64,000 nt of DNA from a virus: IMG/VR virus record IMGVR_UViG_3300042549_005813; one strand, written 5' to 3'. The position numbers and the translations under genes are program-made. Shown here piece after piece: positions 38,687 through 47,870 of the stretch; the first letter of the stretch is position 1; every line of letters starts with the position of its first letter. Under the pieces are notes generated by a model. It was not told where the DNA came from. It worked only from the letters and a program-made list of their open reading frames with translations, and searched no databases.

Positions 38687-39034
38687 ATGATGATTAGTTT
38701 GTACCGTGGTATTGTTGATATTCTTACCAATCAAACAGAAATTTTGAATAAACAGTTTATCAAACACATTCGCACCTTTAATGATGGTGACCCTACAGAA
38801 AACTTTGGCACAGCAGGATTCTGGAATCTGATGCTTGAAGTGACCTATATTTTTTATGTAAAATGTTTTGTTGCAGTTGGCATTGGCATTACACTTGCAT
38901 TGGCTGTTGTTTTCTTTCCATTGTATGCTTTACGTAAAGCAACCAGTGGTGCATTTATTGGTGCTATGCCAAGATATGAACAACCAATGACATACGAAGA
39001 ACCAAAGATTGAACCTATTCAGGAGAAAAAATAA
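38687..39034 (+). CDS. membrane protein
   Basis: RBS AGGAG; TM helix. Confidence 0.55.
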   Translation: MMISLYRGIVDILTNQTEILNKQFIKHIRTFNDGDPTENFGTAGFWNLMLEVTYIFYVKCFVAVGIGITLALAVVFFPLYALRKATSGAFIGAMPRYEQPMTYEEPKIEPIQEKK

Positions 39035-39423
39035 TGGCTACATGGAGTATTAAACCGGAATGGAAAAAATCCATTATTGAACGTAATCATCTATCATTAG
39101 GTGATAATAAAATTGTGATTGAAACTGGTTGGCGATGGGGTGAATTTCACATTCAAACGCCGCCGTCTGATGGTGATACACCGCCAGTATTGGAAGAAGG
39201 TGTAGATTTATATAGTTGTGGTTATGATTGTGAGATGATTGAATTGGATGATGGTTGTTGGGAAGAACACGATTTCGATGACTGTGATGATGAAACCCGT
39301 GAATGGTTAGAAAACTTCTTTGAAGAAGGTAATTCATGGTTAGACCTTGAAGATAATGGTTGGTCTAATGATGATTGTGAGATGATTATCAACTGTGAAA
39401 TGGCCATTGAAAGAGTGGACTAA
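39034..39423 (+). CDS. acidic hypothetical protein
   Basis: ETGWRWGEF motif. Confidence 0.6.
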   Translation: MATWSIKPEWKKSIIERNHLSLGDNKIVIETGWRWGEFHIQTPPSDGDTPPVLEEGVDLYSCGYDCEMIELDDGCWEEHDFDDCDDETREWLENFFEEGNSWLDLEDNGWSNDDCEMIINCEMAIERVD

Positions 39424-39743
39424 TGGCTATTATTGATCCATGGAATTTGCCTATTGATATTAAAGAAATGGAATATGCCATCAAAGGCAATATGATTAAA
39501 GCGCAACTTATTGTTAGTGACTTGGAACAGTTGCGGATGAATGTTGCAACATTTCAGGATGATATCAAACAAAGGTTGTTAATAGTCCTGCTGGATGAAT
39601 TGATGAAAACTAAAAGTGTTGAATTTACAAAGATGCCTCACCACAGCCATGGCCTTACATATTTCCGAGCAAGGATGTTTGCCGTGCCTGATGACCAGGT
39701 AAGGATCCTACGTGTGTCGCAATTAAACAACAGTGTGGCTTGA
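39423..39743 (+). CDS. hypothetical protein
   Basis: Tight gene packing. Confidence 0.55.
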   Translation: MAIIDPWNLPIDIKEMEYAIKGNMIKAQLIVSDLEQLRMNVATFQDDIKQRLLIVLLDELMKTKSVEFTKMPHHSHGLTYFRARMFAVPDDQVRILRVSQLNNSVA

Positions 39744-39768
39744 CATATATAACTACCCATGTTATAAT
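39715..39768 (+). promoter_or_regulatory. promoter with degenerate upstream palindrome
   Basis: TGTCGC-N6-ACAACA followed by TTGACA-17-TATAAT. Confidence 0.75.
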
Positions 39769-39790
39769 ATCACCATAAGGAAATAATACT

Positions 39791-40717
39791 ATGAAGATTG
39801 CAGTTTGTTCAGATATTCACCTAGAATTTGGTACTATCAGCCTCGACAATACCGAAGGTGCTGATGTACTCATTCTTGGCGGTGATATTTGTGTTGCTAA
39901 AGATTTAAATACAAGGGACGAATATGCGCTTGCTGACCGCTTTGGCCGCTCTGAGGCGTGGCATACATTCTTTCAAGAATGCTCTGCTAGATTCCCTCAT
40001 GTTATCTACATCGCTGGAAATCACGAACATTATCACGGTGATTTTAGGGATACTATTACAAGGCTTCGTGATAAGCTTGGTTATCTACGCAATTTACATA
40101 TCTTAGATAAACAAATTCTAACTGTTGATGATGTAACATTCATTGGCGGTACTTTGTGGACTGATATGAACAAGGAAGATCCAATTACATTGTTGCACAT
40201 GAAAGGCATGATGAATGACTTCCGTTGTGTAGATAATAGTGACCGTGTGGTCAACTACAAAGCACCAATCTACAAAAAAGATGGGAATGGTGAATACATC
40301 ACACAAAAAATTGGTGAAGTAAATTCATTGATTGAAGATGGTTTTGAATTCAAGCAACGTGTTTCTCGGTTCTCACCAGAAGATTCGGTTGAAGACCATC
40401 GTAAAATGTTGGGTTACATTCAGTCTGTGATTGAAGGTAAGTTTGATGAAAAGTTTGTTGTTGTGGGTCACCATGCACCAAGCAAATCATCAACCCATCC
40501 TCGTTATGCTGATGAACAGATTATGAATGGTGGTTATAGTAGCGCATTGGACGAATACATCATGGATCATCCACAAATCAAATTGTGGACTCATGGTCAT
40601 ACACATGAAGATTTCGACTACATGGTTGGTTCTACTCGTATTGTTTGTAACCCCCGTGGTTATGATGCATATGAAGACCGTGCTGATAGATTTCAATTGA
40701 AATTTGTGGAGGTTTGA
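39791..40717 (+). CDS. calcineurin-like metallophosphoesterase
   Basis: SDIHLE, GGDI, AGNHEHY, HHAP, HGHTH, NPRGY. Confidence 0.9.
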   Translation: MKIAVCSDIHLEFGTISLDNTEGADVLILGGDICVAKDLNTRDEYALADRFGRSEAWHTFFQECSARFPHVIYIAGNHEHYHGDFRDTITRLRDKLGYLRNLHILDKQILTVDDVTFIGGTLWTDMNKEDPITLLHMKGMMNDFRCVDNSDRVVNYKAPIYKKDGNGEYITQKIGEVNSLIEDGFEFKQRVSRFSPEDSVEDHRKMLGYIQSVIEGKFDEKFVVVGHHAPSKSSTHPRYADEQIMNGGYSSALDEYIMDHPQIKLWTHGHTHEDFDYMVGSTRIVCNPRGYDAYEDRADRFQLKFVEV

Positions 40718-40974
40718 TGAACGAACAACTTAGAGAACTTGTCCGAGAATCTTACCTAGATGTATATGGTCTAGGCAAAGAACGGTATAAGTGGGAATAT
40801 ACAATTGAGAAATTCACCGAGATGATTGTGTTAAGGTGTACCGATATCATAAAAGAAAATAAACAATTTGCCAAGGATCATAGGTGGTCTTCCCGTGAAT
40901 TGGCTGATGTATGTGTGTTTGAAATTGAAAAAACTTTTGGAGTTGAAAATGGAAAAGAAACTGTATCTAGTTGA
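40714..40974 (+). CDS. MNERI-family-related hypothetical protein
   Basis: MNEQLREL...KFTEMIV..C...FGVE. Confidence 0.55.
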   Translation: MMNEQLRELVRESYLDVYGLGKERYKWEYTIEKFTEMIVLRCTDIIKENKQFAKDHRWSSRELADVCVFEIEKTFGVENGKETVSS

Positions 40975-41233
40975 AACTGTATCAATGTTTCGTATGCGTT
41001 ATGTGGTTGAGGCTCATGAAGAATCTCATGCACATGATGAATTCATTATGGAAATTGGCAAAGATTCTTTCAAAGAATTTTCACAACATCATATTGATGA
41101 GGTGATTGTTTCTAGTCGTGAATTATCTGCAAAAGATTATTTAAAATTGTTTGACGCAGATAACGATTACTGTAAGAATTGGGACATTGCCGACAAAATG
41201 AAATCAATCAACTCCATTGATTACAAAGAATGA
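40949..41233 (+). CDS. hypothetical protein
   Basis: LVETVSMFRMRYVVE motif. Confidence 0.6.
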   Translation: MEKKLYLVETVSMFRMRYVVEAHEESHAHDEFIMEIGKDSFKEFSQHHIDEVIVSSRELSAKDYLKLFDADNDYCKNWDIADKMKSINSIDYKE

Positions 41234-42051
41234 AGAAGATTCTAATCACCGGTAGTTCTGGTTACATTGGCCAACACCTTTGTCAGGTGTTGAGTAATGA
41301 ATATGTTGTTGGTTTGGATCGTGTGTTCAAACCACAACTTGCAGAAAAATTTATACAAGAAGATATTGACAACATGAATTGTTTGAATGACCATTATGAT
41401 GTTGTGGTTCATTTGGCTGGATTAGTGAATGTCGGTGATTCTGTAAAATGGCCGATGCGTTACTACCAAACAAATGTTGGTGGTACAATGAATCTTTTGG
41501 AACGTGTGAGTTTTGACCATTTCATCTTTGCATCAACTGGCGCAGCCTCTGGTGCAGAAAGTCCATATGCAATATCAAAAAAGATTACTGAAACAATTGT
41601 TCGTAATTATTGCACATTAACTAACAAAGACCAAACAATTTTCAGGTTCTACAACGTTATTGGTTCTGCATACAGAATTGATCCAACGAACCATGATGGT
41701 TTGATGTACAATTTAATGAAAGCGAGAGAAACAGGTGAGTTCAATTTATATGGTAATGATTATGATACACTTGATGGTACCGCAGTTCGTGATTATATAC
41801 ACGTACTTGAAATATGCGAGGCCATTAAACTTGCTATTAGACGACCTTCAAATATCCTCTTGGAAAACCTAGGCAGCGGGCAAGGTTACACAGTACAACA
41901 AACTATAGATACATTCAAAAAGGTGAATGGTTGTGATTTTAAAGTAAATGTGATGCCACGTAGAGCAGGTGACTTAGCACATTCTGTTTTGCATGATGTG
42001 TCGCCGTATATGAAAAAAGTTTTTACACTGGAACAAATGTTAAAATTATGA
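41230..42051 (+). CDS. NAD-dependent epimerase/dehydratase (GalE-like)
   Basis: ITGSSGYIG, VHLAG, YAISK, RFYNV, DGTAVRDYIHV, RRAGD. Confidence 0.88.
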   Translation: MKKILITGSSGYIGQHLCQVLSNEYVVGLDRVFKPQLAEKFIQEDIDNMNCLNDHYDVVVHLAGLVNVGDSVKWPMRYYQTNVGGTMNLLERVSFDHFIFASTGAASGAESPYAISKKITETIVRNYCTLTNKDQTIFRFYNVIGSAYRIDPTNHDGLMYNLMKARETGEFNLYGNDYDTLDGTAVRDYIHVLEICEAIKLAIRRPSNILLENLGSGQGYTVQQTIDTFKKVNGCDFKVNVMPRRAGDLAHSVLHDVSPYMKKVFTLEQMLKL

Positions 42052-42710
42052 AAATCTATTTCTCAAATTATCGTAACCACTGGATTTCTCCATATACAAT
42101 TTTGGAGAAGATTTTCTTTTGGCGTGAGATTGACTATGATGAACCAATCATCGAAAAGTGGTCCAATCGTCTAATGCCATTGTCAACCGCATACATGAAA
42201 TTCATGGACTTTATTCATCCACAAATTCGTTATGTAAAAATCGACAGATGGGATACATGGAATATGGATGGCACATTGTCACCAATTATTCTTCCAATGT
42301 TGAAACAGTTGCACACCACGAAACATGGTTCGCCTAATGTTGATGATAATGATGTGCCAGAAGAATTGAAGTCTACCTCAGCACCACCAAAAGAAAATGT
42401 ATATGATGTGGATGCCAATCATTTCAAACGTTTCGATTGGGTCATGGATGAAATGATTTGGGCTTTTGAACAACTACAACCAGATAATGATTGGGAACAA
42501 CTGTACACTTCTGGTGTTGCTGATTGGAATTTTGTGCCTGTTGATGTAGAAGGCAATGAAGTGCCTAAAAGTGAACAGAGATATACTGAAATGCGCCATG
42601 GACCAAATCATACATATGAGATAGATTGGGAAGCTCGCAACAAACACCAAGAACGCATCACTAATGGTTTGCGTTTGTTCGGCAAATATTATCAAGCACT
42701 ATGGGACTAA
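42048..42710 (+). CDS. conserved phage hypothetical protein
   Basis: IDRWDTWNMDGTL..IILPML...GLRLFGKYYQALWD. Confidence 0.65.
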   Translation: MKIYFSNYRNHWISPYTILEKIFFWREIDYDEPIIEKWSNRLMPLSTAYMKFMDFIHPQIRYVKIDRWDTWNMDGTLSPIILPMLKQLHTTKHGSPNVDDNDVPEELKSTSAPPKENVYDVDANHFKRFDWVMDEMIWAFEQLQPDNDWEQLYTSGVADWNFVPVDVEGNEVPKSEQRYTEMRHGPNHTYEIDWEARNKHQERITNGLRLFGKYYQALWD

Positions 42711-42711
42711 T

Positions 42712-42891
42712 ATGGTTAATGTACTACAAAAACTTGAAGAAGAAATGTCTGAGATAAAACTCCGTATAAAAGAGTTGGAACTCATTGAAAAAGAAAATGT
42801 GGCATTGCGTGAATTGGTGCATCACCTTGCAGCACGACCTGCACCATATCAACCAGACCCTTATGCACCACCATATAAGGTGACTTGTTAA
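42712..42891 (+). CDS. small coiled-coil protein
   Basis: Gene packing. Confidence 0.45.
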   Translation: MVNVLQKLEEEMSEIKLRIKELELIEKENVALRELVHHLAARPAPYQPDPYAPPYKVTC

Positions 42892-43130
42892 TGTTATCAT
42901 TCATTCATTATGTGTCGGCCTTACGTAGGTTGAAAGAATCCGAAAAGACTGTCTATATGTTAGGTGGTGAACAAGAAGCACCACCAATGATCCTGGCGCA
43001 ACGGGATATGATTAAACATGAAGTTGAATATTATCAAGAAGAATCCATCAAACTAGCAATCTTTATAGGTGCAGTTGCCTTAATTGGCACCGCAGTGTAT
43101 AATCTACTTTTACAATTAGGAAAAATATGA
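42885..43130 (+). CDS. hypothetical protein with C-terminal TM
   Basis: Gene packing; hydrophobic tail. Confidence 0.5.
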   Translation: MLMLSFIHYVSALRRLKESEKTVYMLGGEQEAPPMILAQRDMIKHEVEYYQEESIKLAIFIGAVALIGTAVYNLLLQLGKI

Positions 43131-43381
43131 AAACTTGGTTACTTTGGTTAAAAGAAAATTATGTGAAACTCGTTGGTTACATACTAATGGTTGTTGCCAT
43201 TTTATTGTTTATGTTGGCAATTGTCACCAGACCTACACCAACAGTAGATGTATTAAAAGACTTTAAAGATGGTATTCAAAACCACCTTGTATGGTCGATT
43301 AAGGGTGAATGTTTCTTTGTACGTCCACACACAGAGCAAACAGTATATTTAATTCGTGTGGCTGATTGTGATAAGAAATAA
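43127..43381 (+). CDS. membrane-anchored hypothetical protein
   Basis: N-terminal TM; two Cys. Confidence 0.5.
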   Translation: MKTWLLWLKENYVKLVGYILMVVAILLFMLAIVTRPTPTVDVLKDFKDGIQNHLVWSIKGECFFVRPHTEQTVYLIRVADCDKK

Positions 43382-43390
43382 GGAGTCACT

Positions 43391-43699
43391 ATGAGTTTAT
43401 TTGTTGAAGTCAATTCCCTTGAAAAGGGTTGTCCTGTTATTATTAATTTGGACCACATTATTGAAATTGCACCATTGGCTAATGGTGGATGTGCATTGTT
43501 TACACTCGATGGTGCAGGTATGAATTCTAAAAATGCCATGAAAGTTTCCGACAGTTATGATTTGTTCAGACAATTCGCTATGCAGACTGTAACAGTAGAA
43601 GATATTGAACGCCGTTTTCCTAAAGTTTCTACATCATCTGAAACTACAAAGAAAACTAAAAAATCAGAAGAAATTGAAATTCCTAAATTTGGTGGTTAA
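43391..43699 (+). CDS. hypothetical protein
   Basis: RBS AGGAG. Confidence 0.55.
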   Translation: MSLFVEVNSLEKGCPVIINLDHIIEIAPLANGGCALFTLDGAGMNSKNAMKVSDSYDLFRQFAMQTVTVEDIERRFPKVSTSSETTKKTKKSEEIEIPKFGG

Positions 43700-43702
43700 A
43701 CA

Positions 43703-43933
43703 ATGAAGTTTGAAATGGCAGGTCAACACTACAACTACTTGGGGGGTTTTAATGACAAACAACCAGGAACAAAAATTACTATAGAATTTGAAGCAGAACA
43801 ACTGCAAGACATTCTAGAAGAATTTACCATGTTTCTACGTGGATGTGGTTTTACAATTAACGGCACATTAGATGTAATACCAGATGAGGAATATTATGCA
43901 GCAACTATTCGCACCGACAATTCAATGGATTAA
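43703..43933 (+). CDS. hypothetical protein
   Basis: EF.A..L..ILE.F..FLRGCGF motif. Confidence 0.6.
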   Translation: MKFEMAGQHYNYLGGFNDKQPGTKITIEFEAEQLQDILEEFTMFLRGCGFTINGTLDVIPDEEYYAATIRTDNSMD

Positions 43934-44183
43934 AAATGATTGGCGCAGTAATCACATTCGTTTTGTTATTGAGTTGCTCGCTTGGGCTATTTCTATTGGT
44001 TGCAGCATCACTATGGCAGTCACGGTACCAAACCCTCCACTCTTGGTTCTTTATCCTGTGTGGATTACTGGTTGTGCTCTCTATGCTTGGGCTGCTTATA
44101 CTCGGAAATCATTTGGGATGCTGGCTAACTACATCTTGTTGACAGCTATCGACACATTTGGTTTGATTAGGATGTTAACATGA
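43896..44183 (+). CDS. 3-TM membrane protein
   Basis: Hydrophobic helices; RBS GAGGA. Confidence 0.6.
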   Translation: MQQLFAPTIQWIKNDWRSNHIRFVIELLAWAISIGCSITMAVTVPNPPLLVLYPVWITGCALYAWAAYTRKSFGMLANYILLTAIDTFGLIRMLT

Positions 44184-44464
44184 GTACAACTTTAACAACC
44201 AATACATTTTACGGCATTTTGCCGAGTGTTAGTGCCGGAGGCACAGGTATGGCAATGCAGACAACACAAGCAACATCATTCGTAATGGTTGAACCTATCG
44301 GTTATGAATTTCAGGTAGTTGAATATATGGAAGGCGATAGAATTGCAAAGGTTGCTTTACAGGTTAAACGAAACATACATGACCAATATGGCAACATAAA
44401 GACACATGGTATGTGGATGGATGTTCCTAGGATTAAAATTCCTTATGTGGCGCCTGTGGTGTAA
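44180..44464 (+). CDS. hypothetical protein
   Basis: ATGA overlap. Confidence 0.5.
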   Translation: MSTTLTTNTFYGILPSVSAGGTGMAMQTTQATSFVMVEPIGYEFQVVEYMEGDRIAKVALQVKRNIHDQYGNIKTHGMWMDVPRIKIPYVAPVV

Positions 44465-44598
44465 AGCTTTAGGTGAAAAGAGTGGTAACAATAACAGCGA
44501 GGCCAATAAAATTGCTTGCATCCGGACTGTTATTGTGTTATCATACATCATAGCCAACCTTTTTATTATTGCCGGAGTAATCCATCACTGGTGACAAC

Positions 44599-45153
44599 AT
44601 GAACATTTTTTACCTTCACAATGACCCAAAAGTGTGTGCAGAAATGCATAACGACAAACATTGTATCAAAATGATCCTCGAATATGCTCAATTACTTTCT
44701 ACTGCTCATCGTGTTCTTGATGGCGTGGAACTTGAAGGTATTTCTGCTTCAGGAAGAAAAAGGAAATTCTGGACACTAGGTGATAGTCGTGATTATACAT
44801 TGTATAAGGCTACTCATATCAATCATCCTTCAGCAATATGGGTGAGAAAGTCTTATGAAAACTATGAGTGGTTGTATACTATGTTCATTGAATTGATGAA
44901 AGAATATACATATCGTTATGGTAAAAACCATGCCTGCGAAAAATTGATTGAATCACTATACACACCACCAACACATATTCCCAAAGGCGTTGGCTTCACA
45001 GAACCAACACCTGCAATGCCTGATGATGTAAAAGTGGCAGGCGATTCAATCAAGTCATACCGCAATTACTATATAAATAATAAGACGCACCTCGCTTCAT
45101 GGCGAGGAAAATTTAACTCACGACCAGTGCCAAGCTGGTTTCAAACCGCATGA
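44599..45153 (+). CDS. pyrimidine-dimer DNA glycosylase/DenV-related protein
   Basis: MNIFYL...HNDKH.IKMILEYAQLLSTAH...YKATHINHPS..W...AMPD...YRNYY. Confidence 0.75.
   Translation: MNIFYLHNDPKVCAEMHNDKHCIKMILEYAQLLSTAHRVLDGVELEGISASGRKRKFWTLGDSRDYTLYKATHINHPSAIWVRKSYENYEWLYTMFIELMKEYTYRYGKNHACEKLIESLYTPPTHIPKGVGFTEPTPAMPDDVKVAGDSIKSYRNYYINNKTHLASWRGKFNSRPVPSWFQTA
45072..45079 (+). promoter_or_regulatory. T4-type late promoter
   Basis: TATAAATA about 70 bp upstream of the ORF at 45150. Confidence 0.5.
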
Positions 45154-45425
45154 TTTATACATTTTTGAATAAAAATACAAGTGAAATTGAAGAACATACG
45201 ATGCGCCTTGCAGAGTATGATGAGTTTAAGTTAAATAACCCCCATCTAGAACGTTACTTCACAGTCGATGGCATTCCAGGCCTAGGCGATGGTATGCGTA
45301 TGGACACACCAGGAACTGGTAAGGCCGACTCCACATTTGAAAAGTATGTCATCAATCGTATGAAGGAAACTATTCCTGGAAATACAATGAGTGGTCATAA
45401 AACTAAAATGCCAAGGGAATGGTAA
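45150..45425 (+). CDS. conserved T4-like hypothetical protein
   Basis: YTF.N..T.E...NPHL motif; usual neighbour of phoH. Confidence 0.55.
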   Translation: MIYTFLNKNTSEIEEHTMRLAEYDEFKLNNPHLERYFTVDGIPGLGDGMRMDTPGTGKADSTFEKYVINRMKETIPGNTMSGHKTKMPREW

Positions 45426-45563
45426 TGGCGCAGATACCAGCCCTATTTCTACCAAAAAAGAAAATTGAGGAGATACCTGAGGTAAAGAATTCCAGCAAGA
45501 ATCGGAAGAAAAAGAAACCCGATACTACTAAAAAAGTTTCAGCAATATTTCAAAGGGGAATTG

Positions 45564-46328
45564 ATGGTTACCAAAAAAACAACAGCCAGATACGCAGCGG
45601 AACAGTTACAAGATGATGAGAATAAGACAAGGCATCAACCAGCAGTAAACAATTCATTGAGAATTAAACCAGACCATCTAAAGACGTTTGATCCACTAAC
45701 AGAAAATCAAAGATTATTCTTTGAGATGTATAAAGGCGGTGCCTACTTTATGGGACTATTTGGTAGTCCTGGGGTAGGCAAAACTTTTTTGGCACTATAT
45801 AAATCATTAGAAGAAGTATTAGACAAGTCCAATTCATTCAAACAAGTAGTAGTTGTAAGGTCACTTGTGCAATTACGTGACGTTGGTTATTTACCAGGCA
45901 ATCTTGAAGAAAAACAAGAAATCTATGAATTACCTTACAAAGAGATTGCGGCCACATTATTTGGTCGTTCCGATGCATGGGATAGATTAAAGGAACAAAA
46001 TCATGTACGATTTATTTCTACTACTGCCATTCGTGGTATTTCTATTGATGATGCTATTATTATAGTTGATGAAAATCAGAATTTGAATTGGTCAGAAGTA
46101 AATACAATTATCACCCGTGTTGGACATAGGTCCAAAATCATATTTTCAGGTGATTTTAAACAAACTGATTTGATTAAGAGTAACAAAGACCAAACAGCAT
46201 TCCATAGTTTCTTGGAAGTGGCACGTAAGATGCCGTCCTTTCAAGAAATATACTTTACACCAGACGATATTGTTCGTTCCAGTTTAGTTAAACAATGGAT
46301 TGTGGCCTGTGAAGACCTAGGTTACTAA
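45564..46328 (+). CDS. phoH: PhoH-family ATPase
   Basis: PLTENQ, GSPGVGKT, VGYLPG, IRG, VDENQN, TRVG..SKIIFSGDFKQTD, DIVRS. Confidence 0.93.
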   Translation: MVTKKTTARYAAEQLQDDENKTRHQPAVNNSLRIKPDHLKTFDPLTENQRLFFEMYKGGAYFMGLFGSPGVGKTFLALYKSLEEVLDKSNSFKQVVVVRSLVQLRDVGYLPGNLEEKQEIYELPYKEIAATLFGRSDAWDRLKEQNHVRFISTTAIRGISIDDAIIIVDENQNLNWSEVNTIITRVGHRSKIIFSGDFKQTDLIKSNKDQTAFHSFLEVARKMPSFQEIYFTPDDIVRSSLVKQWIVACEDLGY

Positions 46329-46367
46329 GATAAATACTATTCCAAACTAAGATAAATACTATTCCAA
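46324..46367 (+). repeat. perfect 22-bp tandem duplication containing late-promoter-like ATAAATA
   Basis: ACTAAGATAAATACTATTCCAA twice. Confidence 0.85.
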
Positions 46368-46384
46368 TAATAAGAGGAAATAAA

Positions 46385-47836
46385 ATGATTTTTGAAATTG
46401 AAGCCACACGATTTGAAGATGGTGATAAAAGAGTTTTTCACTATGACAATATGGCTAATGTGTTGAAAGATTCTGATGGTAATGTGTTTGAATATCCGGC
46501 AGACCAAATGCCACAACATTCTTTGAAACCTTACAAACCATTTGACAAGAATCGTCCACTAAAAAAATCAAAATTAATCAGCCATTTGAAGATTCAGATG
46601 GGGTTGAGTTGTAACTATTCTTGTGATTATTGTTCACAGAAGTTTGTTGAACGCCAACCAGAAACCTCTAAAAAAGATATTGATGTTTTTATGGAGAAAT
46701 TAGATAATCTTCATTTTGATGAAGATGTTGGTTTAAGAGTTGAATTTTGGGGTGGTGAACCACTTGTTTATTGGAAAACAATGAAGCCATTGGCTGAGGC
46801 CATTGCAGAAAAATTTGACAGTTGGAAAACTAAACCTATTTTTAGTATCATTACAAATGGTTCTATTTTAACTGATGAAATTATTGATTGGTTAATGATG
46901 ATGGATTTTGCTGTGTCAATTTCACATGATGGACCGGGTCAATTTGTACGTGGTCCTGATCCTTTTGATGATCCAGAACAAAAAGAACGTATACTTGGAT
47001 TCTATCGCATGATGACAAAACTAGGTAAAAGTTTCAGTTTCAATGCAATGTTGAATGCTAAGAACCAAAGTAGAAAAGAAATCTATGATTGGTTTGTAAA
47101 TCTCACAGGAGATGAAAATGTTATTATTGGTGAAGGTTCAATGGTTGATGCCTATGATGAAGAAGGTATTTCGTATTCACTAATCACAAAACAAGAACAT
47201 TTTGATTTTAGACAGAAGGCTTTTGGTGAGTTATATGCTTCTGATGGTAAAATTGGTTTCTTGCCTCAGCTGGGTAAAATTGATGATTTAATGGCCTCAA
47301 TTTTGAGTCATAGAGAATCTAAATATTTAGGTCAAAAATGTGGTATGGACGATGAACATACAATTTCAGTTGACCTACGTGGTAATGTGATGACCTGTCA
47401 GAACGTAAGTTCTTTGGAAATCTCAAAGAATGGTGAATCGCACCATGGTGGTACATTGGATAATTATTCAAATGTTGAATTAAAATCTGTCACACATTGG
47501 TCAAATCGTAAAGAGTGTCCAGAATGTCCAGTGTTACATATATGTAAAGGTGCATGTATGTTCTTGGATGAAAAATATTGGGATATCTCATGTGCAAATG
47601 CATATTCAGATAATGTGGCCTTGTTCGCAGCTGCTTTCACTGTGATGACAAATGGTTATATACCAACTTTGATTAAGAGTGATACTTTACCATTAGATAG
47701 ACAAGACATTTTTGGTACGATTTTTGAACATAATGAAGAAAATAAGAAAAAAATCATACCAATCAAGGTAGTTAAAGAGATTATTGGAACTGTTGATGAT
47801 GTTGCGGTATATGGCAAATCTCGTTTGGAAACCTAA
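46385..47836 (+). CDS. radical SAM/SPASM peptide/protein maturase
   Basis: CNYSCDYC, WGGEPL, ITNG, SHDG; SPASM KCG...G.VMTC...CPECPVLHICKGAC...C. Confidence 0.9.
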   Translation: MIFEIEATRFEDGDKRVFHYDNMANVLKDSDGNVFEYPADQMPQHSLKPYKPFDKNRPLKKSKLISHLKIQMGLSCNYSCDYCSQKFVERQPETSKKDIDVFMEKLDNLHFDEDVGLRVEFWGGEPLVYWKTMKPLAEAIAEKFDSWKTKPIFSIITNGSILTDEIIDWLMMMDFAVSISHDGPGQFVRGPDPFDDPEQKERILGFYRMMTKLGKSFSFNAMLNAKNQSRKEIYDWFVNLTGDENVIIGEGSMVDAYDEEGISYSLITKQEHFDFRQKAFGELYASDGKIGFLPQLGKIDDLMASILSHRESKYLGQKCGMDDEHTISVDLRGNVMTCQNVSSLEISKNGESHHGGTLDNYSNVELKSVTHWSNRKECPECPVLHICKGACMFLDEKYWDISCANAYSDNVALFAAAFTVMTNGYIPTLIKSDTLPLDRQDIFGTIFEHNEENKKKIIPIKVVKEIIGTVDDVAVYGKSRLET

Positions 47837-47870
47837 ATAATAATAACAACATTTTAAAGATAGAGAAAAA

